From Polyangia bacterium (GTDB lineage: Bacteria > Myxococcota_A > Polyangia > Fen-1088), in contig DASZWW010000467.1 in the NCBI GenBank assembly GCA_035546175.1, positions 1-56,744 on the forward strand: a DNA stretch of 56,744 nucleotides. Direction: 5' to 3'. This document shows, piece by piece, positions 10,865 to 22,455 of the stretch. The first letter of the stretch is position 1; each line of letters starts with the position of its first letter. The notes under the pieces are model-generated. The model was given only the letters and a program-made list of their open reading frames with translations, searched no databases and was not told the origin of the DNA. Position numbers and translations under genes: made by a program.

Positions 10865-13423
10865 TTACGTCTTGAGGTCGGCGTCGTCCACCGGCGCCTT
10901 CTGGGCGGCGGCGGCGGCGATGGTCGCGACGGGGCCGGTCGAGCCGGTCGGGGGGGCGCGCTCGTCGAGGAGCGCGAGCGCGACGGCGAGCGCCCGCTTC
11001 GTCTTCTCGGTCGTCTTCTCGTCGCCGCGGATGCGCTGGTAGGCGCGCACGAGCTGGTCCTCGTACTCGGCGACCTTGGCCTCGAGGGCGCCCAGGCGGT
11101 CGCGGCTCTGCGCGAGCCGCACGTCGCGGTCGCCCAGCTCGGCGCGCGCGGCGTCGAGGTCCGCCTCGAGCCCCGCGAGCCGCCGGTACGACTGATCGAG
11201 CTCCTGCGCGCGCGCCGCCAGCTCGCCCTCGGCCCGCGCCGCGCGCGCCAGCGCCGCGTCGTAGTCGGCGCGGTGCTTCTCGGCGAGCTCGGTCTTCTCC
11301 GTGAGGTGCCGGCGCTCGAGCTCGGTCACGCGCGCGTGGTGCTCCTCGTCGCGCGCCTGCAGCTCGGACCGACGCCGGCCCTCGGCCGCCTCGAGCTCGG
11401 AGACGCGCCGCGCCTCCTGCTCGGCGACGTCGCGCTGGCGGCGCTCCTCGCGGGCGGCCAGCTCCTCCTCGTTCCGGCGCCCGAGACCGAGGATCTCGTT
11501 GCGGTGGTCGCGCTCCTTCTGCTCGGTGAGCGCCTCGTACGCTTGCCGCTCCGAGGCGAGCTGCGCCGCGTGCTCGTCGCGCAGGCTCGTGATCGCCTTC
11601 TCGTGCTCGCGCTTGAGCTTGTTGACCTCGCTGGCGAGGCGCTCGCCCGAGGTCGCCTGCTCCTCGAGCAAGCGCCGCTGCAGCGTCTCCGTCTCGGCCT
11701 TGTGGGCGGCGTCGAGGCGCGCCAGCTCCGCCTGGTGCGCGGCGTCCTTCGAGGCGTCGGCGAGCGCCCGCTCCTCGCCGAGCTTCCCGATCTCGGCGCG
11801 CTGGTGCTCCTCGAGCTCGACGACCTGGCTCTCCATCTCGGTGCGCAGCCGGTCGATCTCGGTGCGCGCGCGCGCCTCGTCCTGGGCGATGCGCTTCTTG
11901 AGGCCGTCCACCTCCTCGTGCGACTTGCGCAGCTCCTCGTGCGCGCCGTCGAGCCGCGCCTTGAGCCCCTTCTCGCGCTCGACGGACTTCTCGCGATCGA
12001 GCGCGAGCTCGGCCACCTTCTCGTTGGCGGCGACGAGGCTCCTCTCGAACCCGAGCGTCTTCTCCTCCAGGTCGCGCCGCCCGCGGTCGAGCTCGCGCAC
12101 CTTGTCGCGGTAGTCGAGGATCTCGCGCTCCTTCGCGTCCATGCCGTCGCGAAGGTCGAGGATGTCCTTCTCCTTCTTGTTGATGATCTCGCGCAGCCCC
12201 AGGAACTCGCGCTCCTTGGAGAAGGTCGCCGACTGCGTGAAGCGCTCGCGCGCCTCCTCGAGCTCGCGGCGCAGCGTCTGGCGCTCGCCCTCGAGCGAGT
12301 GAATGCGCGCCTCGAGCTCGGCGTTCTTCGCCTCGAGCTCGCGCGCGCGGACGTCCTCACGCACGACGGGGATGCCGAGCGAGGCGACGCCGCCGTCGCG
12401 ATCGCCCACCGACGTCACGTCGACGCCCACGTCCTCGGGCTGCGGGACGTCGATGTCCTCGACGCCCATGGCGTCCACCGTCGCGTACGCGTCCGACCCC
12501 ATGCGCTCGGGCCCGAGCTCCGGCCCCAGCGTCTCGCCCGTGCGGTAGGCGTCGGGATCACTGATGACCGTCGCGTCGGCCTCGGCGTCGCCCTCGGGCC
12601 GCAGCGCATCCGCCGGGAGCGCCTGATCCTTGCCCACGGCCGTCGTCACGGTCGCCTGGTCTTCCCACCCGACCGCCGAGGGCAGGTCGTCGTCGTTCCA
12701 GAGGTTGCGCAGGTCGACCATGTCGCTGCCGCCCGTCGGGCCCTCGGGCGTGCCCGCCTCGAGCGCCGCGAACGCCGCCTGCGTCTCCGGATCGAACTTC
12801 TCCCCCTCGAAGGGCGAGGCCGGCTCCCCGTCCGCCGCCACCGGCGCGGCGTGCTCGCCGTGCGTGTCCTCCTCGGGCATCGCCTGCGGGCCCGAGGCGC
12901 CCGTGCGCACCCCGGCGAGCGCCTGATCCTCTTCCGAGTCGCCGTCGTCGGAGCTGGCGATGATGGCGATGTCCTCGTCGTCCGCGATGACGATGTCGGC
13001 GTCCATGTCGAGCTCCTGGACGTCCATCTCGTCGGTCTTCTGCTTGCCGCCGAGACCGACGAGCGCGTCGAGCTTGGCGACGACGTCCTTCATGTCGAGG
13101 GGCTTGAGCAGGTACTCGTCGGCGCGCGACTTCAGCTTCTTGTGCTGCTCGAAGGTCGCGAGCGTCTCCTCCGACGAGATGAGCACCAGCGGCACCTCGC
13201 GCAGGCTCGGGCTGCGCTTGAGCTTGTTGCAGATCGCATAGCCCACCTTGCGCGGCTCGACGGACAGGATGATGAGCGCCGGCTTGTGCGAGCGTCCCCA
13301 CTCGATGGCCTCGTCCCCGTTCGGGATGCTCTCGATCGAGAACCCGTAGGGCTGCAGCTCACGCCGGATCTGATCCACGGTCGCGCTGTCGGGTTCGATG
13401 CACAGCAAGATACGCTCGGCCAT
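10865..13423 (-). CDS. FrzS/AglZ-family pseudo-receiver + long coiled-coil protein
   Basis: ATG at 13423 preceded by AGGAGG (the track start at 13450 is less likely). N-terminal receiver fold MAERILLCIEPDS...ALIILSVEP...ADEYLLKPLD, with Ser at the phospho-acceptor Asp position. Then an acidic linker and about 450 aa of E/R/A/L heptad-like coiled coil. Confidence 0.8.
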   Translation of the reverse strand: MAERILLCIEPDSATVDQIRRELQPYGFSIESIPNGDEAIEWGRSHKPALIILSVEPRKVGYAICNKLKRSPSLREVPLVLISSEETLATFEQHKKLKSRADEYLLKPLDMKDVVAKLDALVGLGGKQKTDEMDVQELDMDADIVIADDEDIAIIASSDDGDSEEDQALAGVRTGASGPQAMPEEDTHGEHAAPVAADGEPASPFEGEKFDPETQAAFAALEAGTPEGPTGGSDMVDLRNLWNDDDLPSAVGWEDQATVTTAVGKDQALPADALRPEGDAEADATVISDPDAYRTGETLGPELGPERMGSDAYATVDAMGVEDIDVPQPEDVGVDVTSVGDRDGGVASLGIPVVREDVRARELEAKNAELEARIHSLEGERQTLRRELEEARERFTQSATFSKEREFLGLREIINKKEKDILDLRDGMDAKEREILDYRDKVRELDRGRRDLEEKTLGFERSLVAANEKVAELALDREKSVEREKGLKARLDGAHEELRKSHEEVDGLKKRIAQDEARARTEIDRLRTEMESQVVELEEHQRAEIGKLGEERALADASKDAAHQAELARLDAAHKAETETLQRRLLEEQATSGERLASEVNKLKREHEKAITSLRDEHAAQLASERQAYEALTEQKERDHRNEILGLGRRNEEELAAREERRQRDVAEQEARRVSELEAAEGRRRSELQARDEEHHARVTELERRHLTEKTELAEKHRADYDAALARAARAEGELAARAQELDQSYRRLAGLEADLDAARAELGDRDVRLAQSRDRLGALEAKVAEYEDQLVRAYQRIRGDEKTTEKTKRALAVALALLDERAPPTGSTGPVATIAAAAAQKAPVDDADLKT

Positions 13424-13556
13424 CGGGTCCCCTCCTAAAGGGCCGCCCATACTACCAAAATCCCAGCGAAAATACGGCGGGATCCGCCCGAGGGCGCGTC
13501 AGGATCGTGGCCGTCTCGAGGCCGCGGGCCGCCCGGGAGGGCCCGGCGTCAGGGCG

Positions 13557-14333
13557 TCAAAACGTGGCCGCGGGCGCCTGGGTCTTGAAGCTCGCCGTCA
13601 CGAGGCGCGTGAGCGCCTCCTCGTCGAGGTCGGACGTCACGACGTAGCCGAGGCCGCGATCGTGGTAGGCCGCCGTCGTCACGCCGGGGCCCGTATCGAG
13701 GTAGATCTCGCGGCCATTGACGAGGCGGCGGTCGGGCGCCTCGATCGCCTCGTCGCGCGAGTCGAACACGAGGTAGGCCACGCGGTGGCCGTTGCGCCCG
13801 CGCGCGACGATGTAGGCCGCGGGGCGCTCGCGCACGTTGACGAGCCGGCCGCCCTGGCAGTTGCCGTCCGCGAGCGTGGGCGGCGGCACGGGGAAGTCGA
13901 CCCGACCCCGGAACCACGACGCGATCGACTGGCAGTCCGAGGCCGTGATGTCCATGGGCAGCTCGGCCTGGTAGGTCCACTGCGCCTGCTGCAGCACCAT
14001 CGACTGCGAGTGCCGCACCGTCCCCGTGATGGCGACGAGCAGCACGGCGGCCACCCCGGCGGGCACGAGCCTCGGGTGCGTCTGCCAGAACCAGCGGCGC
14101 GGCGCGATCTCGCGCGCGTTCAGCAGCGCGCCGATGCGCACGCGCAGCGCGGGCGGCACCGGCGGCCGCGGCAGGTGGGCGCGCACGGCGGCCTTGAAGC
14201 GCGCCTGCAGCCGGCCGCGCGACGCGCAGGCCGCGCACTCGCCGAGGTGGCGCTCCAGCTGCTCGCGCTCCGAGCCCGCGAGCTCGCCGTCTCCGTAGGC
14301 GTGGAGCACCGGCTCGGCCTCTGCGCAGGTCAT
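13557..14333 (-). CDS. Anti-sigma factor (zf-HC2, single TM)
   Basis: Last 258 codons of track ORF 13557..15074 from the ATG at 14333. H-x3-C-x2-C motif (HLGECAAC), one TM (LVPAGVAAVLLVAITG) and an extracytoplasmic domain. ATGA overlap with the sigma gene stop. Confidence 0.85.
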   Translation of the reverse strand: MTCAEAEPVLHAYGDGELAGSEREQLERHLGECAACASRGRLQARFKAAVRAHLPRPPVPPALRVRIGALLNAREIAPRRWFWQTHPRLVPAGVAAVLLVAITGTVRHSQSMVLQQAQWTYQAELPMDITASDCQSIASWFRGRVDFPVPPPTLADGNCQGGRLVNVRERPAAYIVARGRNGHRVAYLVFDSRDEAIEAPDRRLVNGREIYLDTGPGVTTAAYHDRGLGYVVTSDLDEEALTRLVTASFKTQAPAATF

Positions 14334-15016
14334 GAGCTCCCGCTCTCCTTGCGGCGGCGGTACGCCGCCATGTCCACCGGGGCGCTGGCCTTCATGCTGG
14401 CGTTCATGGATGAAGGCGCGGGCGCGACGTCCGCGTGCGAGCCGTCCTTGATGATCCCCTGCTCTACCGCGTACGCGTAGAGCTGCTGCTGCAGCAGCTT
14501 GCGCCCGCGGTAGAGCCGGCTCATCACCGTGCCCGCGGGGCAGTCCATGATCTCGGCGATCTCCTTGTACGAGAAGTCCTCGAGGTCGGCCAGGATGACG
14601 GCCATGCGGAAGTCGGAGGGCAGCGCGGCCAGCGCCTTCTCGACGTCGCCCGACACCATGTGACCGAGCAGGGCGCTCTCCGCGTCGGACGGCTCGGTGC
14701 TCGCGCCCGCGATGAACTGCTCGACGTTCGCCGGCGAGGCCTCGGCCTCGTTGAGGACCTCGTGCTCGCGCTCGCGCTCGCGGTAGCGGTTGCAGAAGAC
14801 GTTCGTGAGGATCCGGAAGAGCCAGGCCTTGCAGTTCGTCCCCGCCTCGAACGTGTCGAAGAACCGGTAGGCGCGCAGGAGCGCGTCCTGGACCAAATCC
14901 TCGGCGTCCTTCTCGTGGCGGGTCATCCGCAGCGCGGCCGCGTAGAGGGCCGGCAGATGAGGCAGCGCCTCCTTCTCGAAGTCGGAGGGCGCCGGGCGTT
15001 TCCTGAACAGAGCCAT
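14330..15016 (-). CDS. ECF (sigma-24 type) RNA polymerase sigma factor
   Basis: 228 aa. Region 2 (DAEDLVQDALLRAYRFFDTF...AWLFRILTN) and region 4.2 (EIAEIMDCPAGTVMSRLYRGRKLL), followed by a C-terminal extension of about 45 aa. Confidence 0.92.
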   Translation of the reverse strand: MALFRKRPAPSDFEKEALPHLPALYAAALRMTRHEKDAEDLVQDALLRAYRFFDTFEAGTNCKAWLFRILTNVFCNRYREREREHEVLNEAEASPANVEQFIAGASTEPSDAESALLGHMVSGDVEKALAALPSDFRMAVILADLEDFSYKEIAEIMDCPAGTVMSRLYRGRKLLQQQLYAYAVEQGIIKDGSHADVAPAPSSMNASMKASAPVDMAAYRRRKESGSS

Positions 15017-15038
15017 GGGTCGGTCTAATTACGAAAAC

Positions 15039-15061
15039 ACGCTCTTCGGGGATTCTATTCC
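15039..15061 (-). promoter_or_regulatory. Candidate ECF-type autoregulated promoter (GGAAT-N15-CGT)
   Basis: On the minus strand, GGAATagaatccccgaagagCGTgtt lies 23-45 nt upstream of the sigma factor ATG and resembles the GGAAC-N16/17-CGT ECF architecture. Pattern match only. Confidence 0.25.
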
Positions 15062-15161
15062 ATGATCCCGTCACGCGCCGCGTCGACCACGCCCGGACGG
15101 GCGAGGCACAAGTGGCCGTCAGGGCGCCCGAATCTCGCTACGAAGGTCGCGCCGGGCGCGT

Positions 15162-18191
<3,030 letters not shown>

Positions 18192-18325
18192 GTCGGACGA
18201 ATCCTGACCCGGGGCGGCGAGGCCGGCGAGGGCGAGGTACCTTATTTCGCGAGGGGGCCTGGCGCAAGCGCGGGCGTCCCTGCCGTCCGTGCCTATTTTA
18301 TTCCTCGAACCGGGAGGGACTGGGC

Positions 18326-18568
18326 ATGGCGTTCGGGGTGGGCTTCAGCGAGGTGCTCTTGATCCTTCTCATCGCCCTCGCGGTCTTCGGCTCGACGAAG
18401 CTGCCGGGAGCCGACAACCTGCTGCGGCGGCTGCGCGGCCCCGACCCCATGCGGACCCGCTCCTACGGCTCCGCCGCCGCGCGCTGGACGTTCGTCGACT
18501 GGATGCTGCTCGCGGCGACCATCGCCCTCGCCGGCGCGCTGGCGCTCTCGTACGCGCCGGGGCGGTAG
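18326..18568 (+). CDS. TatA/E-like small membrane protein with an extra C-terminal TM helix
   Basis: 80 aa. ATG preceded by GGGAGGG (7-nt spacer). [28 protein letters not shown] resembles the TatA TM-hinge (FG..KLP). A second hydrophobic helix [17 protein letters not shown] follows. Divergent from secA. Confidence 0.5.
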   Translation: MAFGVGFSEVLLILLIALAVFGSTKLPGADNLLRRLRGPDPMRTRSYGSAAARWTFVDWMLLAATIALAGALALSYAPGR

Positions 18569-18584
18569 CCCTCGCGCGGCGACC

Positions 18585-19814
18585 TCAAACCGGCGGTCGG
18601 AGGCGCCACTCGGGGGTGAGGAGCTGCCCCACGGCGACGCCCGCGTAGACGATGGCGAGGACGAGGGCGTAGAGGAGCACGATGGGCAGCAGGTCGGCGT
18701 AGGCCAGGACCATCCACGCGAAGATGAAGAAGTCGCGCTTGCCGATCATGAGGATGGCCTTGAGCGGGCCGGTGCCGGCGCCGCTCATCGACTTGAGGCT
18801 CTGGCCGTAGGCGAACCACCAGCGGATCTTGAGGACCTCTCCACCCTCGCCCTGCTTCACGAGCTCGCGGTAGGCGACGACGTTGTAGAAGAGCAGCATC
18901 GCCGCGGCCGCGAGCGCGACCTTCATGTCGCCGAAGGAGCCGCCGTTCAGGGCCGCGAGGACGTTGCCCGCCTTCAGATCGCGGAAGTCCCCCAGGGGCG
19001 CGCCGCGCCGCCAGAGCGCCACGCCGATCGCGAGGACGTAGGCGACGTTGAGGAAGTCGTCGACGATGGTGTCGAGCCACTCGCCGAAGCCGGTCTGCTG
19101 GAAGCGCAAGCGCGCGAGCTCGCCGTCGCAGCCGTCGAGGATCGACTGCACCTGCGCGAGCACGAAGCCCATGAGCACGCTCTCGTAGGTCCCCAGCGAC
19201 ACGAGGAAGGCGCCGTAGAGCCCGATCAGGCCCGCGAGGAGCGTGATCATGTTGGGCGTGAACGGCAGGTTCACGAGCAGGTACCGCGTGAGCCGGAACG
19301 AGATCTTCTTGTTGATGAAGCGCGCGACGATGCCGAGGTCGCCGCGCATCAGATCATCGAACAGGGCGTCCTCGGCGGCGCGGCGCGAGGCCCGGTCGAC
19401 GACGCGCGTCCCGCGGTCGAGGCGGTTGCCCTGGACGCGGACGACGTCGACGCCCGTGACGATCGGGTCGTCCAGCTGCGCCTTGAGCTCGCTGACGAGC
19501 GCGCCGGGGTTCTGCGTCTCGCGCACCTCGACGTGGGGCGGCAGGCGCTTCGGCAGCCGCACGCTGCCGTCGCTCACGATGGTCACGCGGACGTCGCGCA
19601 GCTTGGCGATCTGGCGGAGCGCGCGGTCGACGACGCGCAGGCCGCCGACGCGCATGGCGGCCCCGCGGGCTTCTTCGCGGGTCGCGAGGAGAATGACGGG
19701 GACCACGGCCTCGGGGGCCAATCGTGCCACGACTCCCGGCAGCTCTGCAGCCATCACGCGGTTCGCGAGGCTGATGGGGCTGACTCTTTCGATCATGCGG
19801 ACCACACCCTCCAA
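18585..19814 (-). CDS. CDP-alcohol phosphatidyltransferase fused to a degenerate nucleotidyltransferase-like N-terminal domain (IPCT/DIPPS-like architecture)
   Basis: Perfect DGCDGELARLRFQQTGFGEWLDTIVDD motif in a 6-TM C-terminal half. The N-terminal ~170 aa (VVPVILLATREEARG...VGGLRVVDRALRQI) has the nucleotidyltransferase beta-alpha pattern but lacks the G-x-G-x-R loop. The track start is TTG 19814; ATG 19796 (GGAGG 11 nt upstream) is more likely. Confidence 0.85.
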   Translation of the reverse strand: MEGVVRMIERVSPISLANRVMAAELPGVVARLAPEAVVPVILLATREEARGAAMRVGGLRVVDRALRQIAKLRDVRVTIVSDGSVRLPKRLPPHVEVRETQNPGALVSELKAQLDDPIVTGVDVVRVQGNRLDRGTRVVDRASRRAAEDALFDDLMRGDLGIVARFINKKISFRLTRYLLVNLPFTPNMITLLAGLIGLYGAFLVSLGTYESVLMGFVLAQVQSILDGCDGELARLRFQQTGFGEWLDTIVDDFLNVAYVLAIGVALWRRGAPLGDFRDLKAGNVLAALNGGSFGDMKVALAAAAMLLFYNVVAYRELVKQGEGGEVLKIRWWFAYGQSLKSMSGAGTGPLKAILMIGKRDFFIFAWMVLAYADLLPIVLLYALVLAIVYAGVAVGQLLTPEWRLRPPV

Positions 19815-19819
19815 AACGC

Positions 19820-19833
19820 CCCTTTCGAAAGGG
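19820..19833. repeat. Perfect 14-nt palindrome CCCTTTCGAAAGGG
   Basis: Self-complementary 14-mer in the 69-nt gap between the kinase stop (19884) and the CDP-alcohol transferase start. On the minus strand it is followed by GCGTTTTGG. Confidence 0.6.
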
Positions 19834-19883
19834 CTAGGCTCCTTACTTTCCGGCGGGAAGCATGCCAGTGGATCGCGCCGGCC

Positions 19884-20564
19884 TCAAGAAGGAACCGCGC
19901 GCAGGAGCGCGTTCTCGACGGCCCGTGGCAATCGGCTCGTTTCGCGCCGCAGGAGACGAGGCCGCTCCCAGTGCTCGTTGTCGACGACCACGTCGGCGCG
20001 ACGCACGGGGTCGAAGGCGGCCCGGTAGGCGCGCTGGGCGGGGAAATACCGGTTGTTCATCCGATGTTCGACGACGTCGCGCGACCGGCCGCGCGCCATG
20101 TCCCGGGCCAGGATGCGGCGGCGCGCCTCGCCCTCGCTCACCTCGAGCAGGACGAGGGCCCCTTCGGCCGCGGCGCGCGCGCGGAGCGGGAAGACGCCCT
20201 CCACGAGGGCGACGCGCGCGTCGCCGAACTCGAGCCGCTCCTCGCCGTCGAGCACCTCGCGCGACGCATCGAAGCGGGGGATCGACGCGGCGGGCGCGCC
20301 GGCGAGGAAGCGGCGCAGGCAGTCGTCGAGCAGCGCGAAGTCGTAATAGCGCTCGTAGTAGACGGCGGCCTCGTCGGCGCCCGGGGTCAGCGCGCCGAGG
20401 GGGCGCCGGAAGTCGTCGACGCGGAAGACGAAGACGGGGGCGCCGCTCTCGTCCTCGCAGGCGGCCGCGAGGGCGCGCGCGAAGCGCGACTTCCCGCTGC
20501 CGTCGAGGCCGTCGATCACGACGAGCGAGCGCTCGTCGGGGGAGACGATGGCGCGGTCGCTCAC
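19884..20564 (-). CDS. P-loop kinase, uridine-kinase/PRK-like fold
   Basis: GTG at 20564 (VSDRAIVSPDERSLVVIDGLDGSGKSRFAR...), with Walker A GLDGSGKS. It is the last 226 codons of track ORF 19884..20864. GTGA overlap with the upstream IMPase stop. Confidence 0.75.
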   Translation of the reverse strand: MSDRAIVSPDERSLVVIDGLDGSGKSRFARALAAACEDESGAPVFVFRVDDFRRPLGALTPGADEAAVYYERYYDFALLDDCLRRFLAGAPAASIPRFDASREVLDGEERLEFGDARVALVEGVFPLRARAAAEGALVLLEVSEGEARRRILARDMARGRSRDVVEHRMNNRYFPAQRAYRAAFDPVRRADVVVDNEHWERPRLLRRETSRLPRAVENALLRAVPS

Positions 20565-21382
20565 GGGACGGGCAGGCAGGGCGCCATCACGCGCAGCACG
20601 AGCTTGTGGCAGTGCCCGTTGCTCGCGGCGCTGCCACGCGGCCGGAAGAGATCGGGCTGGTTGTAGCGGAACGCGACGCCGTCGCCGTTGGTGACCGTGC
20701 AGCCGGCCTCGCGCATGATGACCTCGGGCGCGCAGGTGTCCCACTCCTGCTCGGAGGGCGAGAGGTTGAGCACGGCGTCGAGGTCGCCGCGCGCCAGCGC
20801 GATGTGCTTGACCGAGGCGCCGAGGCGCACGGCGCGGTCGCTCATGCCGGCGGCCGCGAGGCACTTCGAGAGGCCGTCGTCGAGGTTGAGGCGCGAGACG
20901 CCGATGCGGATCTGCCCGGGCGCGCTCAGCGTCGAGGCCTTGAGCGCGCGCGTCTGGCCGCCACGCTCCTCGAACGCCCCGCCGCCCTTGACGGCCCAGG
21001 CGAGAGAGCCGGTCGGGGGCTGGTAGACGACGCCCAGGACCGCCTCCTCGTCGACGGCCAGCCCGATGTGGACGCAGAAGTCTCCCGTGCGGGCCACGAA
21101 GTCGCGCGTGCCGTCGAGCGGGTCGATGATCCAGCAGCGGCGCTTCTCGAGCCGCGTGCGGTCGTCGGGCGACTCCTCGGTGAGGATGGCGTCACCGGGG
21201 AAAGCCGCGGCGAGCCGCGTCGTGATGGCGGCGTTCGCCTCGAGGTCGGCGGCCGTCACGGGCGACTTGTCCGCCTTCGTGTCCACGCCGATCTCGGGCC
21301 GGGCGTAGTGCCGCATGATGATGTCGCCGGCCTCGCGAGCCGCGGCCTTCGCGACCTCGAGCTCTTTTTGGTACTGCTCCAC
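20561..21382 (-). CDS. Inositol monophosphatase / CysQ-family phosphatase
   Basis: 273 aa. DKSPVTAADLEAN, WIIDPLDGTRDF and EWDTCA motifs of the IMPase/FBPase-fold Mg-dependent phosphatases. Confidence 0.88.
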   Translation of the reverse strand: MEQYQKELEVAKAAAREAGDIIMRHYARPEIGVDTKADKSPVTAADLEANAAITTRLAAAFPGDAILTEESPDDRTRLEKRRCWIIDPLDGTRDFVARTGDFCVHIGLAVDEEAVLGVVYQPPTGSLAWAVKGGGAFEERGGQTRALKASTLSAPGQIRIGVSRLNLDDGLSKCLAAAGMSDRAVRLGASVKHIALARGDLDAVLNLSPSEQEWDTCAPEVIMREAGCTVTNGDGVAFRYNQPDLFRPRGSAASNGHCHKLVLRVMAPCLPVP

Positions 21383-21411
21383 GGTGCCGGGAGACTACCA
21401 GTTCGCGGGGC

Positions 21412-22455
21412 TCACCGCCCGCGTTGCGCGGCCGAAATTGCCTCTTTATAGAGGGGGATCACGGCGCGCACCGAGTAGGCGGCCTCGACCCGGGCCCGCG
21501 CTCTCTCGCCCACGGCGCGGCGGAGGGAGGGATCCTCGACGAGGCTCACGATGGCGCTCTCCCAGCCGGCGGCGTCGTCCGGCAGGAAGCCGTCGACGCC
21601 CTCCGTGACGACGTCGCGGTTGGCGCCCACGGGCGAGGCGACGCCGGGGCGGCCGAGCGCCATGTACTGGATGAGCTTGTAAGCGCATTTGCCGCGCTCG
21701 ATGGGACCGTCGGGCAGCGGCATGAGGCCGATGTCGATGCGCGCGAGGTCCTCGATCTCGGTCTCGGGCCGCCAGGGCACGTACTCCGGGCGCAGCGGCG
21801 CGAGCTCGGCCGGCGGCGGCCTGTTCGAGATCGCGACGAAGCGGGCGCCCGTCCGCTCGAGCGCGCGGCGAAGCCCCGGCAGCGCGTGCATCAGCTGCCG
21901 GTAGTTCATGTCGAGCCCCGTCCAGCCGACGACGACGTCCTTGCCGCGCGTGTCGCGCGGCTTCTGGTAGGCGTAGCGATCGGCGTCGACGGCCGTGGGG
22001 ATGATGGTCGTCTTGCCGGGAGCGCCGGCGCGGGCCGCGAGGTAGGGGTTGCCGGCGATCACGCGATCGGCGAGGGCCACGAGCGCGGGGAACTTTCGCC
22101 GGTTCGAGCGGCGCTCGAAGATCGCGTCGTCGAAGTCGAAGATCGCCCGGCGGCCGCGCGCCGCGAGGCGCTCGAACCACGTCGTCGGCAGCTCGGTCAT
22201 GGGGCGCTGGAAGAAGATGACGTCGTCGTCGCGCAGATCGCGGAGGTGGCTCCAGCGCGAGAGCGCCGCCAACGGCACGTAGAGCGGCCGCGGCAGGCTG
22301 AGCGGCCACGGCAGCCGGGTGTCGCCGTAGACGCTCGGCCGCGGCACGCGCACGTCGCAGGCGACGCCCTCGGCCTCGAGGGCGCGCGCGATGACGAAGC
22401 CGCGAGCGCGCGCGGCCGGCACGCGCTCGCCCTGCACGAAGAAAACGACCCTCAC
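21412..22455 (-). CDS. Glycosyltransferase (GT-B fold, group 1)
   Basis: GTG at 22455 (VRVVFFVQGERVPAARARGF...). The C-terminal half has KCAYKLIQYMALGRPGVASPVGANRDVV, typical of GT1/GT4 donor-binding domains. GTGA overlap with the flippase stop. The N-terminal part of track ORF 21412..23796 is off-frame junk. Confidence 0.8.
   Translation of the reverse strand: MRVVFFVQGERVPAARARGFVIARALEAEGVACDVRVPRPSVYGDTRLPWPLSLPRPLYVPLAALSRWSHLRDLRDDDVIFFQRPMTELPTTWFERLAARGRRAIFDFDDAIFERRSNRRKFPALVALADRVIAGNPYLAARAGAPGKTTIIPTAVDADRYAYQKPRDTRGKDVVVGWTGLDMNYRQLMHALPGLRRALERTGARFVAISNRPPPAELAPLRPEYVPWRPETEIEDLARIDIGLMPLPDGPIERGKCAYKLIQYMALGRPGVASPVGANRDVVTEGVDGFLPDDAAGWESAIVSLVEDPSLRRAVGERARARVEAAYSVRAVIPLYKEAISAAQRGR

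Noticed and set aside
13424-13556. Sigma-70-type promoter (TAGTAT -10-like hexamer) and a small GGCGG/CCGCC hairpin upstream of the FrzS/AglZ-like gene
   Set aside because: There is no acceptable -35 hexamer at 16-18 nt spacing, and the hairpin has only a 5-bp stem with a short U-run. This is too weak to report as a feature without transcript mapping.
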